Shown here: piece by piece, positions 1-9,150 of the stretch | Position numbering within the stretch: position 1 is the stretch's first letter | Layout: every line of letters starts with the position of its first letter | Assembly: GCA_964642805.1 (NCBI GenBank) | Contig: CAZXOZ010000001.1 | Span: 1 to 47,670, forward strand | Reading direction: 5' to 3' | Source: an uncultured Sulfurospirillum sp. | GTDB lineage: Bacteria > Campylobacterota > Campylobacteria > Campylobacterales > Sulfurospirillaceae | Length of the DNA: 47,670 nt | Notes under the pieces: generated by a model | Told to the model about the DNA's origin: nothing | The model's database searches: none | What the model saw: the letters and a program-made list of their open reading frames with translations, nothing else | Program-made: the position numbers and the translations under genes

Positions 1-602
1 AAATAGGCATAAAAAATATCTCATGTGATCTGATTTATGCAACCTCTTTTGATGTCCAAAATGATATAGATATAGCACTCTCGCTACCTATAAATCACAT
101 AAGCTCTTATGCACTAACACTAGAGGAGAATACCTTTTTTTATGGTAAAACTAGACTTATTGATGACTGCCCTAGATTGGCTGAAGAGTTTATAAAAAAA
201 ATAACGAAAAAATTTAAACAGTATGAGATTTCAAATTTTGGAGAGTATCAAAGTCAACACAACTTAGGCTATTGGAAAGGCGATGATTATATAGGCATAG
301 GAGCAGGGGCAGTTGGTTTTTTGAAAAATAGAAGATTTTACCCATATAAGAGTATTGCCAAATATATTGAAAACCCTCTAAATGTTAAAATTGAAAAGCT
401 CTCAAAAGAGGAGCTAACTACCGAAAAGATATTTTTAGGACTTAGAAGTATAGTGGGTGTTGACATAGAGGTTTTAACAAAAAAACAGCGACAAAAAGTT
501 GACATACTGACTCAAGAGAAAAAACTCACATGTAGTGATGGCAAGATATGCAATAACGACTTTCTCCTTTCTGACGAAATAGCACTTTACATAATCTCTT
601 AA
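1..602 (+). CDS. hemW: Radical SAM heme chaperone HemW/HemN-like, 5'-truncated by window edge
   Basis: Frame open from nt 3 (IKNISCDLIY...HISSYALTLEENT) into ORF 177..602 with QYEISNFG, HNLGYW, YIGIGAGA motifs. Confidence 0.9.
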   Translation, partial: IGIKNISCDLIYATSFDVQNDIDIALSLPINHISSYALTLEENTFFYGKTRLIDDCPRLAEEFIKKITKKFKQYEISNFGEYQSQHNLGYWKGDDYIGIGAGAVGFLKNRRFYPYKSIAKYIENPLNVKIEKLSKEELTTEKIFLGLRSIVGVDIEVLTKKQRQKVDILTQEKKLTCSDGKICNNDFLLSDEIALYIIS

Positions 603-645
603 GTATTTTTTAGTTAAAATTCAGGGTTCATATAAAAGGATATAC

Positions 646-1044
646 ATGTTTGGAATGAGTTTTGCAGAGATTTTAATAATTGCAGTCATAGCTGTACTTT
701 TTCTAGGTCCTGAAAAACTGCCTTCAGCCATGATGGAGATTGCCAAATTCCTTAAGTCACTAAAAAGCAGTGTTAATGATGCAAAATCATCGTTTGAACA
801 AGAGATAAAAATTCAAGAGATAAAAGAGGAGGCGCTAGAGTATAAGAAGAAGCTCGACTCAGCAACAAGCAGCATGAGAAAAACTCTCTCTTTTGATGAA
901 ATAGAGGAGATAAAAAACTCAACAAAAGGCGTAAGTGATACTTTAGGCGACATAAAAGAGAATATGAACAAAATTAGTGATATAAAAAATGACCCTTTTG
1001 GGATAAAAAAGTCTATAACTCAAAACAAGAGTGAAGATGTTTGA
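646..1044 (+). CDS. tatB: Twin-arginine translocase subunit TatB
   Basis: MFGMSFAEILIIAVIAVLFLGPEKLP N-terminus; AAAGGA RBS; upstream of tatC. Confidence 0.95.
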   Translation: MFGMSFAEILIIAVIAVLFLGPEKLPSAMMEIAKFLKSLKSSVNDAKSSFEQEIKIQEIKEEALEYKKKLDSATSSMRKTLSFDEIEEIKNSTKGVSDTLGDIKENMNKISDIKNDPFGIKKSITQNKSEDV

Positions 1045-1789
1045 TGAGATAAAACCGCACCTAGTTGAGCTAAGAAAGCGTCTTGGAATCTCTGTTGGGG
1101 TTCTTTTTGTTATGTTTTTTGCCTGCTTTTTTGTCTGGGAGACCATTCTTGCTTGGATGATTTTTCCCCTTGAGAGTGTTTTGCCAGCTGGGTCTGAAAT
1201 CATATTTACCAAAGTTCAAGAGCCATTTTTTACTGCACTAAAAGTATCTTTTTTTACAGCATTTCTACTATCTTTGCCTGTTATATTTTGGCAATTTTGG
1301 CTCTTTATCGCTCCAGGTCTTTATGATAATGAAAAAAAGTTAGTTATTCCTTTTGTTGCATCTGCTACTTTTATGTTTCTCTTAGGGGCTTCATTTTGCT
1401 ACTTTATAGTCGTACCACTTGGTTTTGAGTTTCTAATCAACTTTGGCTCACAGCTATTTAAAGCTCTTCCAAGCATTGGCGAGTATGTTACATTTTTTAC
1501 AAAACTTCTTCTTGGTTTTGGGATAGCGTTTGAGCTTCCTGTTATTACTTTCTTTTTTGCTAAACTTGGACTTGTTACAGATAGAAGTCTTATTAACTTC
1601 TTTAGATATGCAATTATTATTATATTTTTAGCCTCTGCTCTTCTAACTCCGCCTGATCTGCTAACTCAGTTTTTGATGGCTGGCCCGCTTATCATCCTAT
1701 ATGGAATATCAATCTTAGTTGCTAGAGCTGTTAATCCTGAGACTGATGACGATATAGAAGAGGAAATAGAAAAGGAGAAGGAAAAATAG
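1037..1789 (+). CDS. tatC: Twin-arginine translocase subunit TatC
   Basis: HLVELRKRL, FIAPGLY, FELP, LTPPD motifs; multi-TM; ATG at 1037. Confidence 0.97.
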   Translation: MFDEIKPHLVELRKRLGISVGVLFVMFFACFFVWETILAWMIFPLESVLPAGSEIIFTKVQEPFFTALKVSFFTAFLLSLPVIFWQFWLFIAPGLYDNEKKLVIPFVASATFMFLLGASFCYFIVVPLGFEFLINFGSQLFKALPSIGEYVTFFTKLLLGFGIAFELPVITFFFAKLGLVTDRSLINFFRYAIIIIFLASALLTPPDLLTQFLMAGPLIILYGISILVARAVNPETDDDIEEEIEKEKEK

Positions 1790-2805
1790 ACCCGCTTCTT
1801 AAATCTAGCTATGACTATAAACTACCAGACCATCTCATAGCAGAGTTTCCTGTATCTCCTCGTGATAGTGCAAAGCTGCTTGTCTATAATAGAGCCGAAG
1901 ACGCCATCATACATACCTCATTTAGCAATCTTTTTCAATATCTAAATAGAGATACCAATATTCTTTTAAATGATACCAAAGTAGTAAAAGCTAGACTATT
2001 TGGCACTAAAAAAAGTGGGGGTAAGATAGAGCTACTACTCAACTCTCCACTTCAAGATAAGAGATTTTCAGTCTATATAAAAGGGCGAGTAAAAAAGGAG
2101 ATGGAGCTTTACTTTGAGAAAGATTTAAGTGCAAAAATTCTCTCTCTTGCCGAAGATGGAACACGCATAGTGCTATTTTTTCAAAATAAAAAGAGAGTAG
2201 ATAGTGATAAGTTGTTTGATATTTTAGATGATATTGGTCACACACCACTGCCCCCATACATAAAAAGAGAGGACAATAAAGAGGATGAGAAAGAGTATCA
2301 AAGTGTTTTCTCTAAAAATAGAGGTGCGGTAGCTGCTCCAACTGCCTCTTTGCACTTCACAGATGAGATGTTTAAAGAGTTAAAAATCAGATACCAAACA
2401 CACTTCCTAACTCTACACATTGGGGCTGGAACTTTTAAACCAGTGCAAAGTGAGTCGATAAATGATCATGTTATGCACTCAGAGTTCTATAGCATACCTG
2501 AGCCTACATGTAGAACTATTGACTTCAAAAAGCCTATCCTCGCAGTTGGTACAACAGTTGCAAGAACTGTGGAGTGTTATGTTAGAGAGGGTTTACGAAC
2601 TGGAAAAAGTAACCTGTTTTTGCATCCAAACAATAGACCAAAAAGAGTCAACCATCTTTTGACAAATTTTCACCTACCAAAATCAACGCTTATTATGCTT
2701 GTTACCTCGTTTATAGGGATAGAAAAAACATTAGAAATTTACAATATTGCTATAGAAAAAAAGTATAGATTTTTCTCTTATGGCGATGCTATGCTTATAC
2801 TTTAG
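1786..2805 (+). CDS. queA: tRNA preQ1 S-adenosylmethionine ribosyltransferase-isomerase QueA (probable ATA start)
   Basis: Frame of ORF 2101..2805 is open back to 1786 and encodes DPLLKSSYDYKLP..LIA.FP..PRDSAKLLV and NDTKVVKARL; also PLPPYIKR, AVAAPTASLHF, TNFHLPKSTL, FFSYGDAM. Confidence 0.95.
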   Translation: MDPLLKSSYDYKLPDHLIAEFPVSPRDSAKLLVYNRAEDAIIHTSFSNLFQYLNRDTNILLNDTKVVKARLFGTKKSGGKIELLLNSPLQDKRFSVYIKGRVKKEMELYFEKDLSAKILSLAEDGTRIVLFFQNKKRVDSDKLFDILDDIGHTPLPPYIKREDNKEDEKEYQSVFSKNRGAVAAPTASLHFTDEMFKELKIRYQTHFLTLHIGAGTFKPVQSESINDHVMHSEFYSIPEPTCRTIDFKKPILAVGTTVARTVECYVREGLRTGKSNLFLHPNNRPKRVNHLLTNFHLPKSTLIMLVTSFIGIEKTLEIYNIAIEKKYRFFSYGDAMLIL

Positions 2806-2818
2806 ACATACCTCTAGG

Positions 2819-3553
2819 TCATTGGAAACTAGCGACTAAACTACCTACAAGAATATTCCAGCCATCAACCATTACAAAAACGAGAAGCTTAAAGGGTAAA
2901 GAAATCATAACTGGTGGTAGCATCATCATACCCATACTCATAAGAACAGATGCAACAACCATGTCTATAATCAAAAATGGCAAATAGAGCAAAAAACCTA
3001 TCTGAAAAGCAGTTTTAAGCTCACTTATTATGAAAGCTGGGAGTGCAACTGTTAGTGGAACATCCTCTAAGTTTTGTGGATTGTCAAGACCTCTTATCCT
3101 AAAAAATAGGGCTAAGTCTTTCTCTCTAGTGTTACGAATCATAAAGGCTTTAAAGGGTTGTACTGTTTTTTCAAATGCCTCTTCATAGCCCATCTCTTGT
3201 GCTAGATACGGCTTTACTGCTACCTCATAAGACTCTTTTGCAATTGGCTCCATAATAAAAAATGTCAAGATAAGAGCAAGTGAAACCAAGACTTGATTTG
3301 GAGGTGTCTGCTGAGTTCCAAGAGCTTGACGCAAAAATGAAAAAACGATTATTAGTCTCAAAAAACTAGTTCCTACAAACAAGATTGAGGGAGCGAGTAC
3401 TAAAACTGTGAGTACAACAATAAGATTTAAGCTTGTAACTAACTGCTCTGGAGTATTTGGGGCAGTAAGACTTAGGTTAATCGCTGGAATCACCTCAGCC
3501 CCAACTAGTAAACTAGAGCTAAAAAACAGAAGTAGTATAAAAATCCTCATCAA
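2819..3553 (-). CDS. fliP: Flagellar export pore protein FliP
   Basis: LRQALGTQQTPPNQ, SELKTAFQIGF, MGMMMLPPVMISLPFK motifs. Confidence 0.97.
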   Translation of the reverse strand: MMRIFILLLFFSSSLLVGAEVIPAINLSLTAPNTPEQLVTSLNLIVVLTVLVLAPSILFVGTSFLRLIIVFSFLRQALGTQQTPPNQVLVSLALILTFFIMEPIAKESYEVAVKPYLAQEMGYEEAFEKTVQPFKAFMIRNTREKDLALFFRIRGLDNPQNLEDVPLTVALPAFIISELKTAFQIGFLLYLPFLIIDMVVASVLMSMGMMMLPPVMISLPFKLLVFVMVDGWNILVGSLVASFQ

Positions 3554-4342
3554 CTACTTACTCTGCATTGCTGCATCTAAAACACTCTTTTGTGCTTTAT
3601 CTTTTGTGCCACTATCTATAGAGTAAAAGTGAAGCTCAACTCTTCGATTTTTAGCTCTTCCTTGTGGGGTGGCATTTGATGTTATTGGGTCAAACTCTGC
3701 TTTTCCAGAAGCCGACATCTTGCGTGGGTCAATTTGATTTTTGATTAGCTCTTTTACAACGCTCACTGCCCTTGCAGTAGATAGCTCCCAGTTATCTTTA
3801 AAAGGGCTAGAGCTATCAGGTGGATTTGTATCTGTATGCCCTCTTGCTTTTATGTGTAAGTTTTCGGGTAGCTTTTGGATGATGAGTGCGATTCGTCTTA
3901 AAAAAAGAAGCGCGTCAGCATTTTGTATAACAGCAGACCCAGGCTCAAAAAGAAGTCCATCAGGAAGTCTTATGATAAAACCATCCTCCGCCTCCTCTAT
4001 CTGTATCTCTGGACCACCAGATATTTTTAACATCTCGTTTATCTCTACTATCGCTTTTCTGAGTTGAGTTGTTACTACTCTATTTGAAGTCTCTTCTGTT
4101 GTTTCAATAGGTGTTGCTTGTTGTTGTCGCTCTCTGCTTATCTCTGTTTTTGTTCCACCCTCAAGAACACTTAAAGCTCCTGCAAGTGAGCCTATAGCCT
4201 CTTGTATTTTTTTTGCATCCATAGTAGACATAGAGAGAAGAAGTACGAAAAAACACAAAAGCAGTGACATCAAATCTCCAAAAGCTGCTAGCCATGCGGG
4301 CAGACACTTGGGGCAGTCTGGACATTTTTTTTTCTTAGGCAT
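3554..4342 (-). CDS. motB: Flagellar stator B subunit (MotB/PomB-type)
   Basis: TM WLAAFGDLMSLLLCFFVLL; OmpA-like domain GHTD, NWELSTARA, NRRVE. Confidence 0.95.
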   Translation of the reverse strand: MPKKKKCPDCPKCLPAWLAAFGDLMSLLLCFFVLLLSMSTMDAKKIQEAIGSLAGALSVLEGGTKTEISRERQQQATPIETTEETSNRVVTTQLRKAIVEINEMLKISGGPEIQIEEAEDGFIIRLPDGLLFEPGSAVIQNADALLFLRRIALIIQKLPENLHIKARGHTDTNPPDSSSPFKDNWELSTARAVSVVKELIKNQIDPRKMSASGKAEFDPITSNATPQGRAKNRRVELHFYSIDSGTKDKAQKSVLDAAMQSK

Positions 4343-4352
4343 AATCTATACT

Positions 4353-5117
4353 CTAATCAAACTGAGAGTTTCTCTCTTTAGGAGGCAAAAATGACAGTAG
4401 CTTACCCTCTAAAGTTCTTGGATTATCTCCTGCTTGAATAGCCATGATACCCTCCAAAATAAGAGTTTTTGCCAATGTCTCATCAGCATCTCTAATTTCA
4501 AGTATATTTGCAACTGGAGCACCAACAATATTACCTATCATAGCACCATACATCGTAGTAAGCAAAGCGACTGCCATAGCTGGTCCAATAGCAGAAGGAT
4601 CAGCCATGTTTAAAAGCATAGCAACAAGACCGATAAGTGTACCTATCATACCCATTGCGCCAGAAAAGCCGCCCATTTGAGCAAATATCTGGGCATTACT
4701 CTTGTGTCGCTCACTCGTTTGATCCATATCTATCTCAAGTAGAACTCTTATAGTGTCAGGCTCATTGCCATCAACCGCCATTGAGAGCCCTTTTTTCAAA
4801 AACTTATTCTCTTCACTGTTTGCATCAGCCTCAAGTGCTAAAATACCATCTCGTCTCGCTTTTGTAGAGTATTCGACCATCTTTGCTATAGTTCCAGGAA
4901 GGTCTTGAACAGGAGGCTTAACAGCTATCATAAAAATCTTAGAGATACTTTTTATCTGCTCCATCTTAAAGCCGACTAAAAGAACTCCTGAAGTACCGCC
5001 AAAAACAATCAAGAGAGCTGGTATGTCAATATAGGGACCGATACCAACGCCCATCGCCATAGCACCAAAAAGAAGTGCTAGTGTGAGCACTAAGCCAACG
5101 ACGGTTCCTAAATCCAT
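4353..5117 (-). CDS. motA: Flagellar stator A subunit (MotA/PomA-type)
   Basis: ARRDGILALE; GMIGTLIGLVAML..DPSAIGPAMAVALLTT. Confidence 0.95.
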   Translation of the reverse strand: MDLGTVVGLVLTLALLFGAMAMGVGIGPYIDIPALLIVFGGTSGVLLVGFKMEQIKSISKIFMIAVKPPVQDLPGTIAKMVEYSTKARRDGILALEADANSEENKFLKKGLSMAVDGNEPDTIRVLLEIDMDQTSERHKSNAQIFAQMGGFSGAMGMIGTLIGLVAMLLNMADPSAIGPAMAVALLTTMYGAMIGNIVGAPVANILEIRDADETLAKTLILEGIMAIQAGDNPRTLEGKLLSFLPPKERNSQFD

Positions 5118-5223
5118 ATCTATCTACCCTTGTTAAAGTCATTTACTGTATTTTAATTGCTTTTATGTTAAAAAGTGGTTAAAAAGAGCTATTTTATAAC
5201 GATTAAAACATTATTTAGTTAAA

Positions 5224-5250
5224 ATATCGTCTATTTAGGTAAAAAGTTTA
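5224..5250 (-). promoter_or_regulatory. Sigma28 (FliA) promoter of motAB-fliP
   Basis: Minus strand TAAA-N15-GACGATAT, about 105 nt upstream of motA. Confidence 0.7.
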
Positions 5251-5320
5251 CTCTCAGCAAGGCTGTAGCTTTAATGAGGGAAATTTTTGCTAAACAAGTT
5301 CAGCAAAAAGGAAAAATTAG

Positions 5321-6622
5321 ATGAGTACGACGATTGCTATTATGGCTGCTGGATTTGGCACAAGAATGAGATCAAAAAAACCTAAAGTTCTTCATGAGAT
5401 TAGTGGATTTTCTATGCTTTATCACATCATCAAAGAGGCTAAAAAAGTTTCAGATGATATACATGTAGTTCTTCATCATCAAGCTGATTTGATAAAAACA
5501 AGTATGAATTTTCACTTTAAAAACATAACTTTTATAATGCAAGATCACGAAAACTTTCCTGGAACTGGTGGGGCTATTATGTCTGTTACACCTAAATATA
5601 GTAGAGTTTTAGTTCTCAATGGAGATATGCCTCTACTTGAATCAGATGATATGAGGACTTTTTTAAAAGAGGGCACAAAAGTAGTTATGAGCTACTTCAC
5701 ATGTAGTGACCCAACAGGCTACGGAAGAGTTATAATGGACAGCAGGCACAAAGTATCAAGAATTATAGAGCATAAAGATGCCTCTAGTGATGAGCTAAAA
5801 GTTAAAAGTGTAAATGCTGGAGTATATCTTTTTGATACCAAATTTTTAGATGAAAATCTTTCAAAACTATCAAATAAAAATACTCAAAAAGAGTACTACA
5901 TAACAGACCTTATCGCTATCGCAAATGAACAAAGCATAGAGGTAAAAGCAGTAGAGATAGATGAAAAAACTTTTATGGGAGTTAACTCAAAATATCACCT
6001 AAGTATCGCTGAGGAGATAATGCAAAAAAGAATTAAGAGGCGTTTTATGGAAGCTGGGGTTACTATGAGACTTCCTGAGACTATCTTTATTGCAAGTGAT
6101 GTTGAGATAGAGGGTGAGTCTGTTTTGGAGAGTGGGGTATCTCTTTTAAATGGTGCTAAAATCATAGACTCTCACATAAAAATAAACTCTACCGTAGAAG
6201 ACAGTGTAATTAAAAATTCAACCATTGGTCCTATGGCAAGAGTTAGACCAAAATCTATTTTAATTGACTCCGTGATAGGTAACTTTGTGGAGATAAAAAA
6301 ATCAACATTAAATGGAGTTAAAGCGGGGCATCTTAGCTACCTTGGAGATAGTGATATTAGTAGTGGAACCAACATAGGTTGTGGAACTATCACTTGTAAT
6401 TATGATGGAAAATCAAAACATAAAACTATCATAGGTAAAAATGTATTCATAGGAAGTGATACACAGCTTGTTGCACCAGTAACTATAGAGGATGATGTTA
6501 TCATCGCATCAGGAACAACTGTTACAAAAAACATCAAAAAAGGCTCGCTTGCCATTGCAAGAGCTCCTATGGAACAGATAAAGAGTGGTTATTATAAGTT
6601 TTTTGGAAAAAATGATGCTTAG
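5321..6622 (+). CDS. glmU: Bifunctional UDP-GlcNAc pyrophosphorylase / GlcN-1-P acetyltransferase
   Basis: MAAGFGTRMRS..PKVLH, GTGGA, EYYITD, GNFVEIK, HLSYLGD, CNYDG. Confidence 0.97.
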   Translation: MSTTIAIMAAGFGTRMRSKKPKVLHEISGFSMLYHIIKEAKKVSDDIHVVLHHQADLIKTSMNFHFKNITFIMQDHENFPGTGGAIMSVTPKYSRVLVLNGDMPLLESDDMRTFLKEGTKVVMSYFTCSDPTGYGRVIMDSRHKVSRIIEHKDASSDELKVKSVNAGVYLFDTKFLDENLSKLSNKNTQKEYYITDLIAIANEQSIEVKAVEIDEKTFMGVNSKYHLSIAEEIMQKRIKRRFMEAGVTMRLPETIFIASDVEIEGESVLESGVSLLNGAKIIDSHIKINSTVEDSVIKNSTIGPMARVRPKSILIDSVIGNFVEIKKSTLNGVKAGHLSYLGDSDISSGTNIGCGTITCNYDGKSKHKTIIGKNVFIGSDTQLVAPVTIEDDVIIASGTTVTKNIKKGSLAIARAPMEQIKSGYYKFFGKNDA

Positions 6623-7793
6623 AGATAGAAAAATTCTTGTAGGAGTTACAGGAAGCATAGCTATATATAAAACCTTAGAAATTATTCGGCTATTTATCAA
6701 AGCTGGAGCATCCGTGAAGGTGGTTATGAGCGAGGAGTCAAAGAGATTTATCACTCCTCTTACTTTTGAAGCTATCAGTCAAAATGAAGTCCTACATGTA
6801 CAAAGTGAAAACTGGGCAAATGAGCTTAATCATATTCATATAGGCAAGTGGGCTGAAATCTTTGTCATGGCACCCATAACTGCCAATACTATCAATAAAC
6901 TTAGCGGTGGTATCGCTGATAATCTTCTCACTCAAACTCTACTCGCTTTTGATAAGCAGGTTATCATAGCACCATCAGCAAATACAAATATGATACTAAA
7001 CCCTATCACCAAAGAGAGTCTAAAAAAACTTGAAAATTTGGGCTTTAAAGTGTGTGAGCCACAAGATAAACTTTTAGCTTGCAATGATGTAGGAACTGGG
7101 GCTATGGCTGAGCCTCAAACTATATTTGATACCGTAGCTCGTGAGCTTCTTAAAGATAAGTTTTGGAGCGGTAAAAGAGTAGTTGTAACTGGGGGTGGAA
7201 GCGTTGAAAAGATAGATAGTGTAAGGTGTCTTACAAATTTTTCAAGTGGTAAGCAAGCAGATACACTAGCTTATGCCTACTATATCGCTGGAGCTGATGT
7301 AACTCTTATCACCTCAAAACCTAAAAGCTCAACACCTGTAGATACTCTACATGTAGAGAGTTCAAAAGAGTATAAAAAGGCGATAAAATGCAGTTTAAAA
7401 AAGGGCTCATACCTTGTTATGTGTGCTGCACTTAGTGATTTTATCCCTCATCAAATCGAGAGTGGAAAACTAAAAAAAGAGAGCCTAGGAGAGAGTTGGG
7501 AGTTAAAGCTCATCAAAAATGAAGATATACTTCTTGGACTTGACAAAAAAGAGATAAAAACTATAGGCTTTAAGGTTGAAACTGACAAAAAGAGTGCCTT
7601 AAAGAGCGCAAAAGATATGTTAATCAAAAAATCACTTAATGCAGTTTGCTTAAACATAATCAACAAACAAACTAGCTTTGGAGGTGACAACAATAGAGTC
7701 TCATTTATAACAAAACAAGCTACCATAGAGCTAAAACTCTCATCAAAACAGGCCATAGCAAATCAAATTGTGAGGCTCTCAAAAGAGTTATGA
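6612..7793 (+). CDS. coaBC: Phosphopantothenoylcysteine decarboxylase/ligase
   Basis: GVTGSIAIYK, GIADNLL, PSANTNM, LAC..G.G, NFSSGK; ATG at 6612 or 6615. Confidence 0.95.
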   Translation: MMLRDRKILVGVTGSIAIYKTLEIIRLFIKAGASVKVVMSEESKRFITPLTFEAISQNEVLHVQSENWANELNHIHIGKWAEIFVMAPITANTINKLSGGIADNLLTQTLLAFDKQVIIAPSANTNMILNPITKESLKKLENLGFKVCEPQDKLLACNDVGTGAMAEPQTIFDTVARELLKDKFWSGKRVVVTGGGSVEKIDSVRCLTNFSSGKQADTLAYAYYIAGADVTLITSKPKSSTPVDTLHVESSKEYKKAIKCSLKKGSYLVMCAALSDFIPHQIESGKLKKESLGESWELKLIKNEDILLGLDKKEIKTIGFKVETDKKSALKSAKDMLIKKSLNAVCLNIINKQTSFGGDNNRVSFITKQATIELKLSSKQAIANQIVRLSKEL

Positions 7794-8467
7794 TGAGAAA
7801 TAGTAACAAATCAACACTTAGATTCAATAGCTCTTTACCTATCACTATTGAAGTTTTAGAAGCTCTTGAGTTTGATAGATACAACCTGCTGTTGGGCTCA
7901 AGAGAGTTTACCACGAAGAGTCAAAAAAAACTCGAACTTGGTGCTAAGTATTGGGGTAGCTTTGGTGAGGGAAAGGCTGGCATAATAACCATATCAAACT
8001 TAATCAAAAAGCCAGACTCGCTACAAAGTAGTGGAAAATTCTTAGATATAGAGTTAAAAGAGTTTTTAACACAACTCTCAAAAGTTCCCTCACCCATAAG
8101 CACCATAAAGGATTGGATTTTAGAAAACTTAGCAAAAGATGAAACTACAAAAGATAGCTTTATGCTCTTTAGCGATATACTGTTGGCTCTAAAGGAGAGT
8201 ATTGTTCATCTTCCTCTAAAGCACAACAATAGATGTACGGTATTACAGATAAAGCTTGAAGAGGGGTATATAGAATTCTATTGTGCCCATGAAAATCTAG
8301 GGGCTATTAGGGGATTTATGCAAGGCAATTCTATTGATATATGTGTGCTTTTTAATCAAACTCTTCATTTTCTAAAAGAATCAGAAATTACGACAAATAT
8401 ATCCATAAGCAAATCTATAGAGCCTATATACAGCTTTGATAAACCAATATTGAATTTAAAAGGTTGA
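7790..8467 (+). CDS. Hypothetical protein between coaBC and uppS
   Basis: 225-aa ORF overlapping both neighbours by 4 nt; no recognised motif. Confidence 0.8.
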   Translation: MMRNSNKSTLRFNSSLPITIEVLEALEFDRYNLLLGSREFTTKSQKKLELGAKYWGSFGEGKAGIITISNLIKKPDSLQSSGKFLDIELKEFLTQLSKVPSPISTIKDWILENLAKDETTKDSFMLFSDILLALKESIVHLPLKHNNRCTVLQIKLEEGYIEFYCAHENLGAIRGFMQGNSIDICVLFNQTLHFLKESEITTNISISKSIEPIYSFDKPILNLKG

Positions 8468-9150
8468 TTTTGACAAATGATTTAAAGCATCTAGCAATTA
8501 TCATGGATGGCAATGGGCGCTGGGCCGATCGACAAAATAAAAAACGCAAAAGTGGGCATGAGCGAGGCACAGTAAGTGCAAGAGCTATCGCTGAGTATTG
8601 TGCTAAGATAGGTGTAGAGTATCTAACTCTTTATGCATTTAGTACAGAAAACTGGAAACGACCTAAAACAGAAGTGGATTTTTTAATGAAACTCTTGAAT
8701 AGATTTATAAAACAAGAGTTAAAAACATTTAAACAAAATAATATAAAGTTTGACATGATAGGCGATATTGACAAACTCTCAAAAGCTCTTCAAAAAACAA
8801 TCCTACATGTAAAGAGTGAGACATCCATGTGTAGTGGTATGACTCAGATATTAGCTATAAACTACGGCTCAAGAGATGAGATAACAAGGGCTGTAAATAG
8901 AGCAATTAAAAGTGCAAAGGAGGTTAAGCAGGAGGATATAAGTAGATTATTAGATACTTCAGATTTTCCTGATGTTGATCTTCTTGTGCGAACTGGTGGG
9001 GAGCAGAGGCTTTCAAATTTTCTTCTTTGGCAAAGTAGCTATGCAGAGCTATTTTTTACTAAAACCTTGTGGCCAGACTTTAGTGCTAAAGAGCTTGAAG
9101 AGATTCTCTTAAAATATAAAACAACAACAAGGAAATTTGGAGCATTATGA
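8464..9150 (+). CDS. uppS: Undecaprenyl diphosphate synthase
   Basis: HLAIIMDGNGRWA, YAFSTENWKRP, RTGGEQRLSNFLLWQ. Confidence 0.97.
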   Translation: MILTNDLKHLAIIMDGNGRWADRQNKKRKSGHERGTVSARAIAEYCAKIGVEYLTLYAFSTENWKRPKTEVDFLMKLLNRFIKQELKTFKQNNIKFDMIGDIDKLSKALQKTILHVKSETSMCSGMTQILAINYGSRDEITRAVNRAIKSAKEVKQEDISRLLDTSDFPDVDLLVRTGGEQRLSNFLLWQSSYAELFFTKTLWPDFSAKELEEILLKYKTTTRKFGAL

